Shown piece by piece: positions 28,276 through 37,751 of a stretch of DNA of 64,000 bases; the first letter of the stretch is position 1; every line of letters starts with the position of its first letter. Source of the stretch: Candidatus Poseidoniales archaeon (GTDB lineage Archaea > Thermoplasmatota > Poseidoniia > Poseidoniales > Poseidoniaceae); assembly GCA_003602605.1 (NCBI GenBank), contig QQRW01000037.1:14718-78717 (forward strand), in the 5' to 3' direction. The position numbers and the translations under genes are program-made. The notes below the pieces were generated by a model. It saw nothing but the letters and a program-made list of their open reading frames with translations, was not told the DNA's origin and did no database searches.

Positions 28276-29121
28276 TCAAGCAAGCGTACCGTTTTGATAG
28301 TCGAGGAGTGCTTGATGGATTTCTTCTCGTGTATTCATCACAAACGGCCCATATCGTGCAATTGGCTCGTTCAATTCAGGACCAGCTAAAATCAAAAACT
28401 CTGCATCCTCTTCAATTGCTTCCAAAACGACCTCATCGCCATCGTTCATGAGTCCCAATTGCCCATCATGAATAGGTTTCCCACCAAGATGGAGTGTCCC
28501 ACCAAAGACGTAGACCATTCCATTGAGACCGGATTCAATCGATTGCTTGTGAACGCCACCCTTTTGAATTTTCATATGAATATAGGTGATCGGTATCACA
28601 GTATCGATTACGGCATTAACACCCAGAGTAGACCCTGCGATGACGTTCGCCCAAACTTTACCATCCTCGGAGGTGACTTTCGGGATTTTGGAGGAATCGA
28701 TGTCCTGGTATCGGGGTTCCATCATTTTGTCTTTAGCCGGGAGGTTTACCCAGATTTGGAATCCGTGGGAGACTCCACCGGTTTTCAAGAACTCCTCTTG
28801 AGGAAGTTCTGAATGTATGATACCTCTCCCTGCAGTCATCCATTGTACGTCTCCTGGATTCAAGTCGCCTTTGTTGCCGGCACTGTCTTCGTGTTGCATT
28901 GCTCCTTGAATCATGTAGGTCACTGTTTCAAATCCTCGGTGCGGATGAGCTGGCGCCCCAATCGCTTGTCCAGGGTCCCAATGGACAGGACCCATTTCGT
29001 CGAGAAGCAAAAATGGGCTCATCAGGGTACCCATAGCGGAAGGCCGGCGTACTGGAAAACCTCCTCCTTCGAGTACTGTGTGAGTTGGAGCCGTCATTTT
29101 CAAAGTTCGTTCCTGCCTCAT
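28276..29121 (-). CDS. Pirin-family (bicupin) protein
   Basis: GGFPVRRPSAM..PFLLLDEMGPV..APAHPHRGFETVTYMIQG..HEDSAGN..GDVQWMTAGRGIIHSE is the pirin signature. I placed the start at ATG 29121, which overlaps the upstream stop as ATGA. The longer track ORF would overlap the upstream gene. Confidence 0.85.
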   Translation of the reverse strand: MRQERTLKMTAPTHTVLEGGGFPVRRPSAMGTLMSPFLLLDEMGPVHWDPGQAIGAPAHPHRGFETVTYMIQGAMQHEDSAGNKGDLNPGDVQWMTAGRGIIHSELPQEEFLKTGGVSHGFQIWVNLPAKDKMMEPRYQDIDSSKIPKVTSEDGKVWANVIAGSTLGVNAVIDTVIPITYIHMKIQKGGVHKQSIESGLNGMVYVFGGTLHLGGKPIHDGQLGLMNDGDEVVLEAIEEDAEFLILAGPELNEPIARYGPFVMNTREEIHQALLDYQNGTLA

Positions 29122-29615
29122 TGTACCACCTGCTGAATGAGAATATCGATCGAAGATTGATTGAATGGTTTCGACTTGTTGATGATGACAGGTCGACCAA
29201 TGACATTTGATCCGAGGTAAGAAAATTGCATTCGCATGCTCATAACAGCATGTTGGCCACCGCCCCCACTCACGGATGCAAGACCAATTTTCTTTTGATT
29301 GAAGAGTAACCGGAAATCTTTTGATTGCACCGACATCCATGCAATGATGTTGTTGAGCACTGGTGGGATTAAGCCATTGTATTCCGGTGCGCAGACAATC
29401 AATGCCTCGCTTTCAAGAAAAAGTTCCACTACCCCTTCGATTAGAGAAGGGTCAGTCAATTCTTTCTCAGCTTGTGGAGTATACATTGGGGCGTTGAGAG
29501 AGCACAGGTCTAGAACTGTACCTTTGTGACCTAAATCCTCGAGTGACTGCTTGAACGATTCCGCAAGTTGGAGATTTTTTCCAGTTGATGCTGAGAGAAT
29601 AAGAACACTTGACAT
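29118..29615 (-). CDS. NAD(P)H-dependent FMN reductase / flavodoxin-like fold protein
   Basis: MSSVLILSASTGKNLQLAESF.. and ..IVCAPEYNGLIPPVLNNIIAWMS are typical of the FMN_red family. Confidence 0.75.
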   Translation of the reverse strand: MSSVLILSASTGKNLQLAESFKQSLEDLGHKGTVLDLCSLNAPMYTPQAEKELTDPSLIEGVVELFLESEALIVCAPEYNGLIPPVLNNIIAWMSVQSKDFRLLFNQKKIGLASVSGGGGQHAVMSMRMQFSYLGSNVIGRPVIINKSKPFNQSSIDILIQQVVQ

Positions 29616-29666
29616 GCACCGATGAGGAAGGCATCACATTTCAACCTATGAGTATCTCCATAGAGA

Positions 29667-32600
29667 CTACCATTTCATCCGATACGCTATGTAAAGCACA
29701 CCAATGACTGTTGGAATAATTGCCAAAGCAAGAATTGTCATCAACAATTGTTTGACCTCGGTCTCAGATTGTGCATCAACTGTGTTGACTTTGTCTTCTT
29801 CTTCTTCATTCGAACAATTTTGCAGCAATGGGTTGCATATGGAACCATCATCTGTATCGGCGTCATCATCCTCAACAGGAATGTAGTCTGTATCTTCGTA
29901 ACCATCTCGGCAACCGTCGGCATCTGAGTCTGTATTTGGAGCAGAAGTCCAATGTTTCTCACCGAGCGGACAAGTGTCGAGAAGATCACTCACACCGTCA
30001 TCATCATCATCAAGGTCTTCGCCGGAATCAAGACAACCATCTTGGTCGTAATCATTCACTTCATCCGAAATCCAATCGAGAAGGCCACGATTACAATCAT
30101 CAGCGCCGTCAAGAAGGCCATCGTTATCATCGTCAGGGTCTTCGCTTGACTCATCTCTGCAGCCATCTCCGTCATAATCAGTTGATGGGGAAGTCAGCCA
30201 ATCCAGTTCACCGGTTGAACACAAGTCATCAATGTCTTTCACGCCATCGTTGTCATCGTCTTCGTCTTCGGAAGAATCGCGGCAGCCGTCAGTATCGTGA
30301 TCTTCGGATTTCGTGGAAGACCATAAGAGCTCACCTGTCGAACATTCATCGTCTACATCCAAAACCCTATCGTTGTCATCATCGAGGTCCTCGGAGCTGT
30401 CTTGGCAGCCGTCAGCGTCATAATCAGTCGATGAACTCGAAGTCCAGCCTGTTGCCCCTACGGCACACGAATCTTCAGCGTCCACAATTCCATCACCATC
30501 AGAATCGTTGTCTTCGGATGTGAAATCTTTACAACCGTTTTCATCGAGATCTTGCAGTGGATTGGTAGAATCCCAATTCGATTCTCCGAGAGGACAGTCA
30601 TCAGCGGTGTCGATTCGGTTATCGTTATCGTCGTCATCATCTTCTGTAGAATCACGGCAACCATCGCCATCGTAGTCCGTTAGCACGCTGGAAAACCAAC
30701 TTAATTCGCCAACAGGACAAGTGTCTTGCCAATCGCTAATCTTATCGTTGTCGTCATCACTGTCCTCGTTTGAATCCTGACAGCCATCGGAATCATAATC
30801 GTTTGATGGAAGTGATGTCCAGTTACGAGTTCCACGGTTGCAGATATCTTGAACATCCAGCACTCCATCATTATCGTCATCCTTATCTTCAGTCCCGTCA
30901 TAGCACCCATCAAAATCATAGTCGATGTTTTCAGATGGCGCGCTCCACCCCATGCGCCCAGTGGAGCAGTTATCGACATCGTCGAGTACGTTGTCGTTGT
31001 CGTCATCATCATCTTCCGTAGAGTCTCGGCAACCATCGCTGTCGTAATCTTCTGAGCCAGAGGATGTCCACCCAAGTTCTCCAGTCTGGCATAAATCGGC
31101 AAAGTCAATCACTCCGTCGTTATCATCGTCCAAATCCTCGGACACATCGAGGCAACCATCGCTGTCGTAATCTGTTAGGTTGGAGGGAATCCAGCCAGAC
31201 TCTCCACTTGGGCAATTATCCTCAAGATCTTCAATACCATCGTTATCATCATCGGAATCTTCGTTCAAATCTCTGCAACCGTCACCGTCGTTATCTGTTA
31301 ATGGTCCTGAAATCCAACCGAGGTCGCCTTTTTGGCAATCATCATCCACGTCTAAAACACCATCATTGTCGTCGTCCAAATCTTCCTCGAGACTAAAGAA
31401 TCCATTGTTGTAGAAATCGTCCATGCAACCATCCCCATCATGGTCGCCAAAGTTTGCCGATGACCAGTTCCAGTGATGGTCGTACTTCGGACATGAATCA
31501 GAACCGTCATGGACACCGTCGTTATCATCATCAAAGTCCTCGCCAACATCCCGGCAGCCGTCACCGTCCCAGTCAGTTATCAAAGATTGATCCCCGGTTG
31601 AAGTGAACCTCGAAATCCAACCCACATCGCCAGTAGGACATGCATCAAGACTGTCGGGTAAGCCGTCGTTGTCATCGTCATTGTCTTCCGAAAAATCGTT
31701 GCAGCCATCTGCATCCCAATCGGTTGTGGAATTTGAGGTCCAACCTAAGTCTGCAGGCCAACATTGATCGTCATCATCCAAAATGAGGTCATTGTCGTCA
31801 TCAGGGTCTTCGGTTATGTCACGACATCCATCGGAATCATAATCGGTCGTTGCGTTTGAAATCCAACCAAGTTCGCCGAGTCTACAGTCGTCACTCACGT
31901 CTGCTTTTGTGTCGTTATCGTCATCAAGGTCTTCACCTGCATCACGGCAACCATCGGCGTCATGATCTGTTGCGGGGCCTGAAATCCAACCAAGGTCGCC
32001 TCTTTGGCAGACGACATCGTTCGTATCAAGGATCCCGTCGTTGTCATCATCGAGATCTTCAGAAATGTCCCGGCAACCATCGGAATCGTAGTCTGATACA
32101 AGAGTCGGATTCCAGCCCATCTCCCCAGTCTGACAAAGATCATTGACATCCGGGACACCATCGTTATCATCGTCGAGGTCTTCTACGAAATCATGGCAAC
32201 CATCACCATCATAATCCGAAGTAGAGTTTGAAATCCAATTAGGGAGGCCGAGATGGCAGCTGTCATCAACATCAGGCACTGTGTCGTTATCATCATCAAG
32301 GTCCTCCGAAGTAGAATCTTGACAGCCATCGTCGTCGTAGTCTGTGAAGATCGTTGAAATCCAACCTGTGTCACCCTGTGCGCAACTGTCAAGCGGGTCG
32401 TCAATGCCGTCATTATCGTCATCGTCATCACAGACATCACCTTCAGAGTCACCATCATAGTTGGCCTGGTCCGCATTCGGAGTAAATTGACAATTATCAA
32501 CGCCATCTGCAACCCCATCGTTATCATCGTCAGGATCGTTCACACCATCTTCACAACCATCGCCATCATTATCGGTCGTAGGATTAGAAATCCAGCCTAC

Positions 32601-35600
32601 CGTGCTTGTTAGGCAACTGTCAGCTGAATCTGCGACGGTATCTCCATCATCGTCGTTATCTTCTCCGGCATCACGGCAACCGTCGCCATCATAGTCGGTC
32701 GTCGGTGATGAAATCCATCCTAAATCGCCAGTTCGGCAGAAATCTGGTGCACTGTCGGCAAGACCGTCGTTATCATCGTCGAGGTCCTCTCCTACTCCCG
32801 GAGAAGGCAGGCTATCTTGGCAACCATCACCATCGTGGTCGGTGAAACCGTTCGATATCCAGCCAGTCTGGCCCGGCGTACAATCGTCTGATGTGTCAGA
32901 AATTCCATCTCCGTCGTCATCACTGTCTTCATCCGCATCTCTGCAACCGTCAGCATCGATGTCGTTCGCCAACGTGGATGTCCAGCCAACAACGCCACGG
33001 ATACAATTATCCGGTGCATCATCATTGATGCCGTCGTTATCGTCATCGTCATCGCAAGCATCGCCTTCTGAATCTGAATCGTGATTTTCTTGACCAGTAT
33101 TCACTGTAAGTTGGCAATTGTCCGAGGTATCGGTTATTCCGTCGTTATCATCATCGATGTCTTCAGTTGAATCACGACAGCCATCGCCATCAAAGTCTGT
33201 TGTGCTGTCGGAAATCCAACCGAGATTACCTGTATCGCAGGTATCACTTGAATCGACAACACCGTCGTTATCATCGTCAATATCCTCGTCAGCATCACGG
33301 CAACCGTCAGAATCGTAATCATTCACTGATGTGGGTGTCCAACCAATAATCCCCGTTTGGCATTGGTCAGGGGCTAAATCGGGAATTCCGTCGTTATCAT
33401 CGTCAAGGTCTTCGGTAGAATCGTCCTTGCAACCATCAGAATCATGGTCGGTTGTGGAGGATGAAATCCATCCTGTCTCCATGAAATTACAATCGTCAGA
33501 TGCATCGTTGATACCATCGTTATCGGTATCCGAATCTTCGGTCGAGTCTCGGCAACCATCGCCATCATAATCGTTTGATGGAGTTGAAATCCAGCCCAAA
33601 TCGCCTTTATCACATACATCCGGATGGTTGTCGTTAACGCCGTCATTGTCGTCATCAAGGTCTTCACCCGAATCCTGACAGCCGTCAGAGTCGTAATCGG
33701 TTGATGGAGATGGAGACCAACCCACATCTCCTGTCTGACAATCGTCAAGACCGTCCATGATTCCATCGTTGTCATCATCTGGGTCTTCGGTTGAACTGTC
33801 CTGACAGCCGTCTCCATCGTTGTCTGTTAAACTGGTTGAAGTCCAACCGAGGTTACCGAACTGACACAGATCGGGTTCTAAATCCTCGACTCCATCGTTG
33901 TCGTCGTCAAGATCTTCAGTCGCATCACGGCAACCGTCCGAGTCATAGTCGGTAGAGGGTGACGGTGTCCATGCGCTTTCGCCAAACTGACAGTCATCAA
34001 GACTATCTGCGACTCCATCGTTATCATCGTCCAAATCTTCAGAGGAATCATCCTTACAGCCATCGTTATCTGAATCCGTGGCAGGAGTCGAGGTCCAACC
34101 TGTTATACCAAATTGGCATGCATCAGGATGCAAATCAGTTACTGAATCGTTATCATCGTCCAGGTCTTCAAGGGAATCTTGACAGCCATCATTATCGTGG
34201 TCTGTGCTGGTACTGGAAGTCCAATTAAGGTCTCCAGTTTGGCAATCATCAAAAGCATCAGCTACGCCATCGTTGTCATCGTCGAGGTCAAAAGTAGTAT
34301 CGTCTTTACATCCGTCTGAATCATAGTCATTGTTTGCATTCGGAGTCCAGCCAATTGTGCCAGTAGGGCACAAATCGTTTCCATCGTTAATTCCATCGTT
34401 GTCATCATCGAGGTCTTCGGCCGATACGTCCTTGCAACCGTCGCTGTCATAGTCTGTAGAGGAAGAAGATGACCAGCCAGTGATGCCTTGCGGGCATGAG
34501 TCAAGGTCATCAGAGACTCCGTCGTTGTCCGAATCAAAATCTTCGGTTGCGTCCCGACAACCGTCCTGGTCGTTGTCGTTAATGATGGTAGAAGTCCATC
34601 CTAAATCACCTGTGGCACAGGCGTCATTGGAATCGATAATGCCGTCGTTGTCATCATCGTTGTCTTCAACATCGTCTTTACAGCCATCAGAATCGTAGTC
34701 TGTCAGTGTAGTGGGCGTCCAACCGATCACGCCAAACTGGCATGTATCTGTGGCATCGAGGACCGAATCGTTGTCGTCATCGGTATCTTCCGAAGATGCA
34801 TCTCTACAACCGTCAGAATCATGGTCGGTTGTTGAAGAGGAGGTCCAACCCATATCCCCATTCTGACACGAGTCGATAGAATCAACAACACCGTCGTTGT
34901 CATCATCAGGGTCCTCATCTGAATCTCTACAACCATCTCCATCACGGTCAGTTGCTGATGAAGAAGTCCAACCTAGAGCACCTGTTTGACACAAATCTGG
35001 TACATCTGAAACTCCATCGTTGTCATCGTCAGGATCTTCGAGAGAATCTTGACACCCGTCGGAGTCATGGTCTGTCGAGGCGCCAGAAGTCCACCCAAGG
35101 TCGCCTTGAGGGCAGGCATCTGATCCGTCGAGAACGAGGTCATTATCTCGGTCTGAGTCTTCAGTCGAATCCTTACAACCGTCGCTGTCGTAATCGTTAC
35201 TGGAACTAGAAATCCAGCCTAAGTCGCCGGTTTTGCAGAAATCAGATACATCGTTGACTCCGTCATTGTCATCATCCAAATCTTCGTCTGAATCACGACA
35301 TCCATCGGAATCATAATCGGTGACTGAGGTTGGAGACCAACCAATAATTCCTATTTGACAGGTATCAAGAGCGTCACTGATACCGTCGTTGTCATCGTCG
35401 GTGTCTTCGGTTGATGCATCTTGACAACCATCAGTATCATGGTCTGTGCTGGAACTCGAAAGCCAGCCAGTGTTACCATTTTCACAATCATCATTAACAT
35501 CGAGAATGCCATCATTATCAGTGTCAAAGTCTTCTGTTGAATCGCGGCAACCGTCTCCATCAAAGTCAGTAGATGGCGAAGAAGTCCAACCCAGATCACC

Positions 35601-36854
35601 CGTTTGACAAAGGTCAGGCGCCAAGTCGGCTACTCCATCGTTATCATCATCGAGGTCTTCTAGAGAATCTTGACAACCATCAGAATCATAATCGGTTGAA
35701 ATAGCTGAGGAAGTCCAACCAAGATCGCCAGTTGAACAATCATCAAGTGTATCCGAAACGCCGTCGTTATCATCATCCGTGTCTTCGCTTGAAGCATCCT
35801 GGCAGCCGTCTGAATCGTGGTCAGTAAGGGAAGTTGAGGTCCAGCCAAGATTACCTAAATGGCAGTCATCCGAGGTATCAAGGATGAGATCATTATCGTC
35901 ATCAAAATCTTCAGTAGAATCTTGGCAGCCGTCTGAATCATAATCCGTGGATGAGTCTGGAGTCCATCCCATGTTGCCATCTCGGCAAGAATCGGCAGAA
36001 TCGGTAATGCCATCGTTATCGTCATCGGTATCTTCGCTTGAGGCATCTTGACAACCATCTGAATCATGGTCGGTAGATGAGGAAGAGGTCCATCCAGTGT
36101 TGCCCGTTGGACAGTCATCATCATTATCCTCTATTCCGTCACCATCATCATCATCGTCTTCTGTTGAATCTCGACATCCATCGCTATCGACGTCATTAAC
36201 CGCAGATGAAGTCCAACCTAAATCCCCAAATTGACATGAATCTGTGACATCAGGGATTGAATCGTTATCGTCGTCCAAATCTTCGGAAATATCTTGGCAA
36301 CCGTCCGAGTCATGGTCGTTGAGACTTGTTGAAGTCCAGCCCTTATCGCCCAATTGACATTCATCCAGTGTATCAATGACACCATCGTTGTCATCGTCAT
36401 CGTCTTCGGCTGAATCGAGGCATCCATCCGAATCGTAATCATTGATCGCCGTAGGAGTCCACCCTATTTCTCCGGTGGGACAATCGTCAAAGTTATCAGC
36501 AATTGTGTCGTTGTCGTCATCGGTATCTTCGTTCGAATCCTGACAGCCATCGGAGTCATGATCGGTGGACGAATTGGATGTCCATCCAGTGTTACCATTT
36601 TCACATTCATCATCTGGATCGAGTATTCCATCTGAGTCGGAATCTATCGAACGTGAAGATGAATACAGTGCTGAAAATTCACTGTTGCTCTCAAGTTCCA
36701 AGAACATAAGTTGAGAAGTAGATACTGAAGCGAAAAAAAACATCAACAGCGCCGCAAACGCGCCGAATCTGCTCATACGCTCCGCTAGCATGGATTGGTG
36801 TACACCTCCGGACTTTTTATCCTTCCGTCCAAAATCTTCCAAATCGAAGCCCAT
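29667..36854 (-). CDS. Giant (2395 aa) extremely acidic membrane-anchored protein made of thrombospondin type-3-like Ca-binding repeats
   Basis: It has an N-terminal signal anchor (FGAFAALLMFFFASVSTS) and about 52 units of consensus C-x-x-G-x-x-GW-[TI]-S-x-x-[ST]-D-x-D-x-DGC-x-D-x-x-ED-x-DDDNDG-x-x-D-x-x-D. The C-terminal TM is LLMTILALAIIPTVIGVLYIAYRMKW*. Confidence 0.9.
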   Translation of the reverse strand: MGFDLEDFGRKDKKSGGVHQSMLAERMSRFGAFAALLMFFFASVSTSQLMFLELESNSEFSALYSSSRSIDSDSDGILDPDDECENGNTGWTSNSSTDHDSDGCQDSNEDTDDDNDTIADNFDDCPTGEIGWTPTAINDYDSDGCLDSAEDDDDDNDGVIDTLDECQLGDKGWTSTSLNDHDSDGCQDISEDLDDDNDSIPDVTDSCQFGDLGWTSSAVNDVDSDGCRDSTEDDDDDGDGIEDNDDDCPTGNTGWTSSSSTDHDSDGCQDASSEDTDDDNDGITDSADSCRDGNMGWTPDSSTDYDSDGCQDSTEDFDDDNDLILDTSDDCHLGNLGWTSTSLTDHDSDGCQDASSEDTDDDNDGVSDTLDDCSTGDLGWTSSAISTDYDSDGCQDSLEDLDDDNDGVADLAPDLCQTGDLGWTSSPSTDFDGDGCRDSTEDFDTDNDGILDVNDDCENGNTGWLSSSSTDHDTDGCQDASTEDTDDDNDGISDALDTCQIGIIGWSPTSVTDYDSDGCRDSDEDLDDDNDGVNDVSDFCKTGDLGWISSSSNDYDSDGCKDSTEDSDRDNDLVLDGSDACPQGDLGWTSGASTDHDSDGCQDSLEDPDDDNDGVSDVPDLCQTGALGWTSSSATDRDGDGCRDSDEDPDDDNDGVVDSIDSCQNGDMGWTSSSTTDHDSDGCRDASSEDTDDDNDSVLDATDTCQFGVIGWTPTTLTDYDSDGCKDDVEDNDDDNDGIIDSNDACATGDLGWTSTIINDNDQDGCRDATEDFDSDNDGVSDDLDSCPQGITGWSSSSSTDYDSDGCKDVSAEDLDDDNDGINDGNDLCPTGTIGWTPNANNDYDSDGCKDDTTFDLDDDNDGVADAFDDCQTGDLNWTSSTSTDHDNDGCQDSLEDLDDDNDSVTDLHPDACQFGITGWTSTPATDSDNDGCKDDSSEDLDDDNDGVADSLDDCQFGESAWTPSPSTDYDSDGCRDATEDLDDDNDGVEDLEPDLCQFGNLGWTSTSLTDNDGDGCQDSSTEDPDDDNDGIMDGLDDCQTGDVGWSPSPSTDYDSDGCQDSGEDLDDDNDGVNDNHPDVCDKGDLGWISTPSNDYDGDGCRDSTEDSDTDNDGINDASDDCNFMETGWISSSTTDHDSDGCKDDSTEDLDDDNDGIPDLAPDQCQTGIIGWTPTSVNDYDSDGCRDADEDIDDDNDGVVDSSDTCDTGNLGWISDSTTDFDGDGCRDSTEDIDDDNDGITDTSDNCQLTVNTGQENHDSDSEGDACDDDDDNDGINDDAPDNCIRGVVGWTSTLANDIDADGCRDADEDSDDDGDGISDTSDDCTPGQTGWISNGFTDHDGDGCQDSLPSPGVGEDLDDDNDGLADSAPDFCRTGDLGWISSPTTDYDGDGCRDAGEDNDDDGDTVADSADSCLTSTVGWISNPTTDNDGDGCEDGVNDPDDDNDGVADGVDNCQFTPNADQANYDGDSEGDVCDDDDDNDGIDDPLDSCAQGDTGWISTIFTDYDDDGCQDSTSEDLDDDNDTVPDVDDSCHLGLPNWISNSTSDYDGDGCHDFVEDLDDDNDGVPDVNDLCQTGEMGWNPTLVSDYDSDGCRDISEDLDDDNDGILDTNDVVCQRGDLGWISGPATDHDADGCRDAGEDLDDDNDTKADVSDDCRLGELGWISNATTDYDSDGCRDITEDPDDDNDLILDDDDQCWPADLGWTSNSTTDWDADGCNDFSEDNDDDNDGLPDSLDACPTGDVGWISRFTSTGDQSLITDWDGDGCRDVGEDFDDDNDGVHDGSDSCPKYDHHWNWSSANFGDHDGDGCMDDFYNNGFFSLEEDLDDDNDGVLDVDDDCQKGDLGWISGPLTDNDGDGCRDLNEDSDDDNDGIEDLEDNCPSGESGWIPSNLTDYDSDGCLDVSEDLDDDNDGVIDFADLCQTGELGWTSSGSEDYDSDGCRDSTEDDDDDNDNVLDDVDNCSTGRMGWSAPSENIDYDFDGCYDGTEDKDDDNDGVLDVQDICNRGTRNWTSLPSNDYDSDGCQDSNEDSDDDNDKISDWQDTCPVGELSWFSSVLTDYDGDGCRDSTEDDDDDNDNRIDTADDCPLGESNWDSTNPLQDLDENGCKDFTSEDNDSDGDGIVDAEDSCAVGATGWTSSSSTDYDADGCQDSSEDLDDDNDRVLDVDDECSTGELLWSSTKSEDHDTDGCRDSSEDEDDDNDGVKDIDDLCSTGELDWLTSPSTDYDGDGCRDESSEDPDDDNDGLLDGADDCNRGLLDWISDEVNDYDQDGCLDSGEDLDDDDDGVSDLLDTCPLGEKHWTSAPNTDSDADGCRDGYEDTDYIPVEDDDADTDDGSICNPLLQNCSNEEEEDKVNTVDAQSETEVKQLLMTILALAIIPTVIGVLYIAYRMKW
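29903..36608 (-). repeat. Coding tandem-repeat array: about 52 units of ~43-46 codons (TSP3-like), plus 2 divergent units
   Basis: I counted the units by hand from DxDxDGC occurrences in the translation. The DNA periodicity of about 130-138 nt is visible throughout. Confidence 0.85.
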
Positions 36855-36950
36855 GCTTCGGTTTTGGACCTTTTATCAAATAATTCTATTGACAGATTGC
36901 CCAGTGTGAGCAGGGGGAAAGAAGATGGTGATGAATCACCTGGGAGTTAC

Positions 36951-37436
36951 ATGGCCAAACTGCGGTACTTCGGCCGTAATCATATTGTTTCACAGTTCGT
37001 AGGTACATTGGGGTGGGACATCGCTGAAGACGACGAAGAAGTGGATGTGATCATTGTCGACACATTTGACAACCAAAGCGCAGAACACCTCCAGCGACTC
37101 GAAGGAACCATCGCACTCATGAGGACTGCATTGGACTTAGTCGAAACAGGAAATGTAAAATCGTTCGTTGCTCTTACAGACCAGTCTGCAGAAAACGGTA
37201 GAACACGACCCAATGTACCGGCTGGCCAGGAACATGGGACAAGACCGAATGGCGTTCACGGATTTGGCACTCTCACCGTTGAAGTGTTAGGCCGTCTTGC
37301 TGCAAAGAATGGCGCCATCACTCGGATTGTGAAACACACTGGAACATCTGATGAAGAGGTATGTAACGCCGCTCAACATGCCATAAAAACACTGAACTCC
37401 AAGGAATTGTATCAGGTGTTACGGCTTGACATATAG
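36951..37436 (+). CDS. Hypothetical protein (161 aa)
   Basis: ORF starting at ATG 36951 (MAKLRYFGRNHIVSQFVG..). I recognise no family. It is divergent from the TSP3-repeat gene. Confidence 0.5.
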   Translation: MAKLRYFGRNHIVSQFVGTLGWDIAEDDEEVDVIIVDTFDNQSAEHLQRLEGTIALMRTALDLVETGNVKSFVALTDQSAENGRTRPNVPAGQEHGTRPNGVHGFGTLTVEVLGRLAAKNGAITRIVKHTGTSDEEVCNAAQHAIKTLNSKELYQVLRLDI

Positions 37437-37466
37437 GTTCAAGTAGGTCGCTGCAGAGTTTACTCT

Positions 37467-37751
37467 ATGTCCGAAGAAATCCTCGTTGAACACGCAAATT
37501 CTCACGACACCGATTTTCTCATGTACACTGGCCGGTTTTGCGGTTACTGTTCCGCAGCCAAGCGATTACTCAACAGCAAGGAATTTACTTTCACTGAAAT
37601 CAGCTTTGACGAGCAACCCGATTTGAGAAACCCTGTTGTTGAAGCAACTGGACACCGAACTGTGCCAGTTATTCTCGACATCAGAGGTGAGCAACCCGTC
37701 TTCGTTGGTGGCTTTGACCAACTACAACCCTATCTTCGACAAAGCAGTTAA
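37467..37751 (+). CDS. grx: Glutaredoxin
   Basis: Active site CGYC in FLMYTGRFCGYCSAAKRLL, followed by TVPVILDIRGEQPVFVGGFDQL (the TVP..GG motif). Confidence 0.85.
   Translation: MSEEILVEHANSHDTDFLMYTGRFCGYCSAAKRLLNSKEFTFTEISFDEQPDLRNPVVEATGHRTVPVILDIRGEQPVFVGGFDQLQPYLRQSS

Noticed and set aside
29122-29340. The N-terminal 73-aa extension of the pirin ORF.
   Set aside because: It overlaps the FMN-reductase gene. The pirin domain begins after M74, and ATG 29121 forms an ATGA junction with the upstream stop.
29704-36709. Many 60-230-aa ORFs in other frames and on the plus strand inside the TSP3-repeat gene. They are His/Arg/Ser-rich or Met/Thr-rich, e.g. 29828..30523 and 30701..31108.
   Set aside because: They are by-products of reading long GAY/GAC-rich periodic coding sequence in other frames. 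They are low complexity, have no start context, and are fully contained in a gene with an overwhelming repeat and domain signal.
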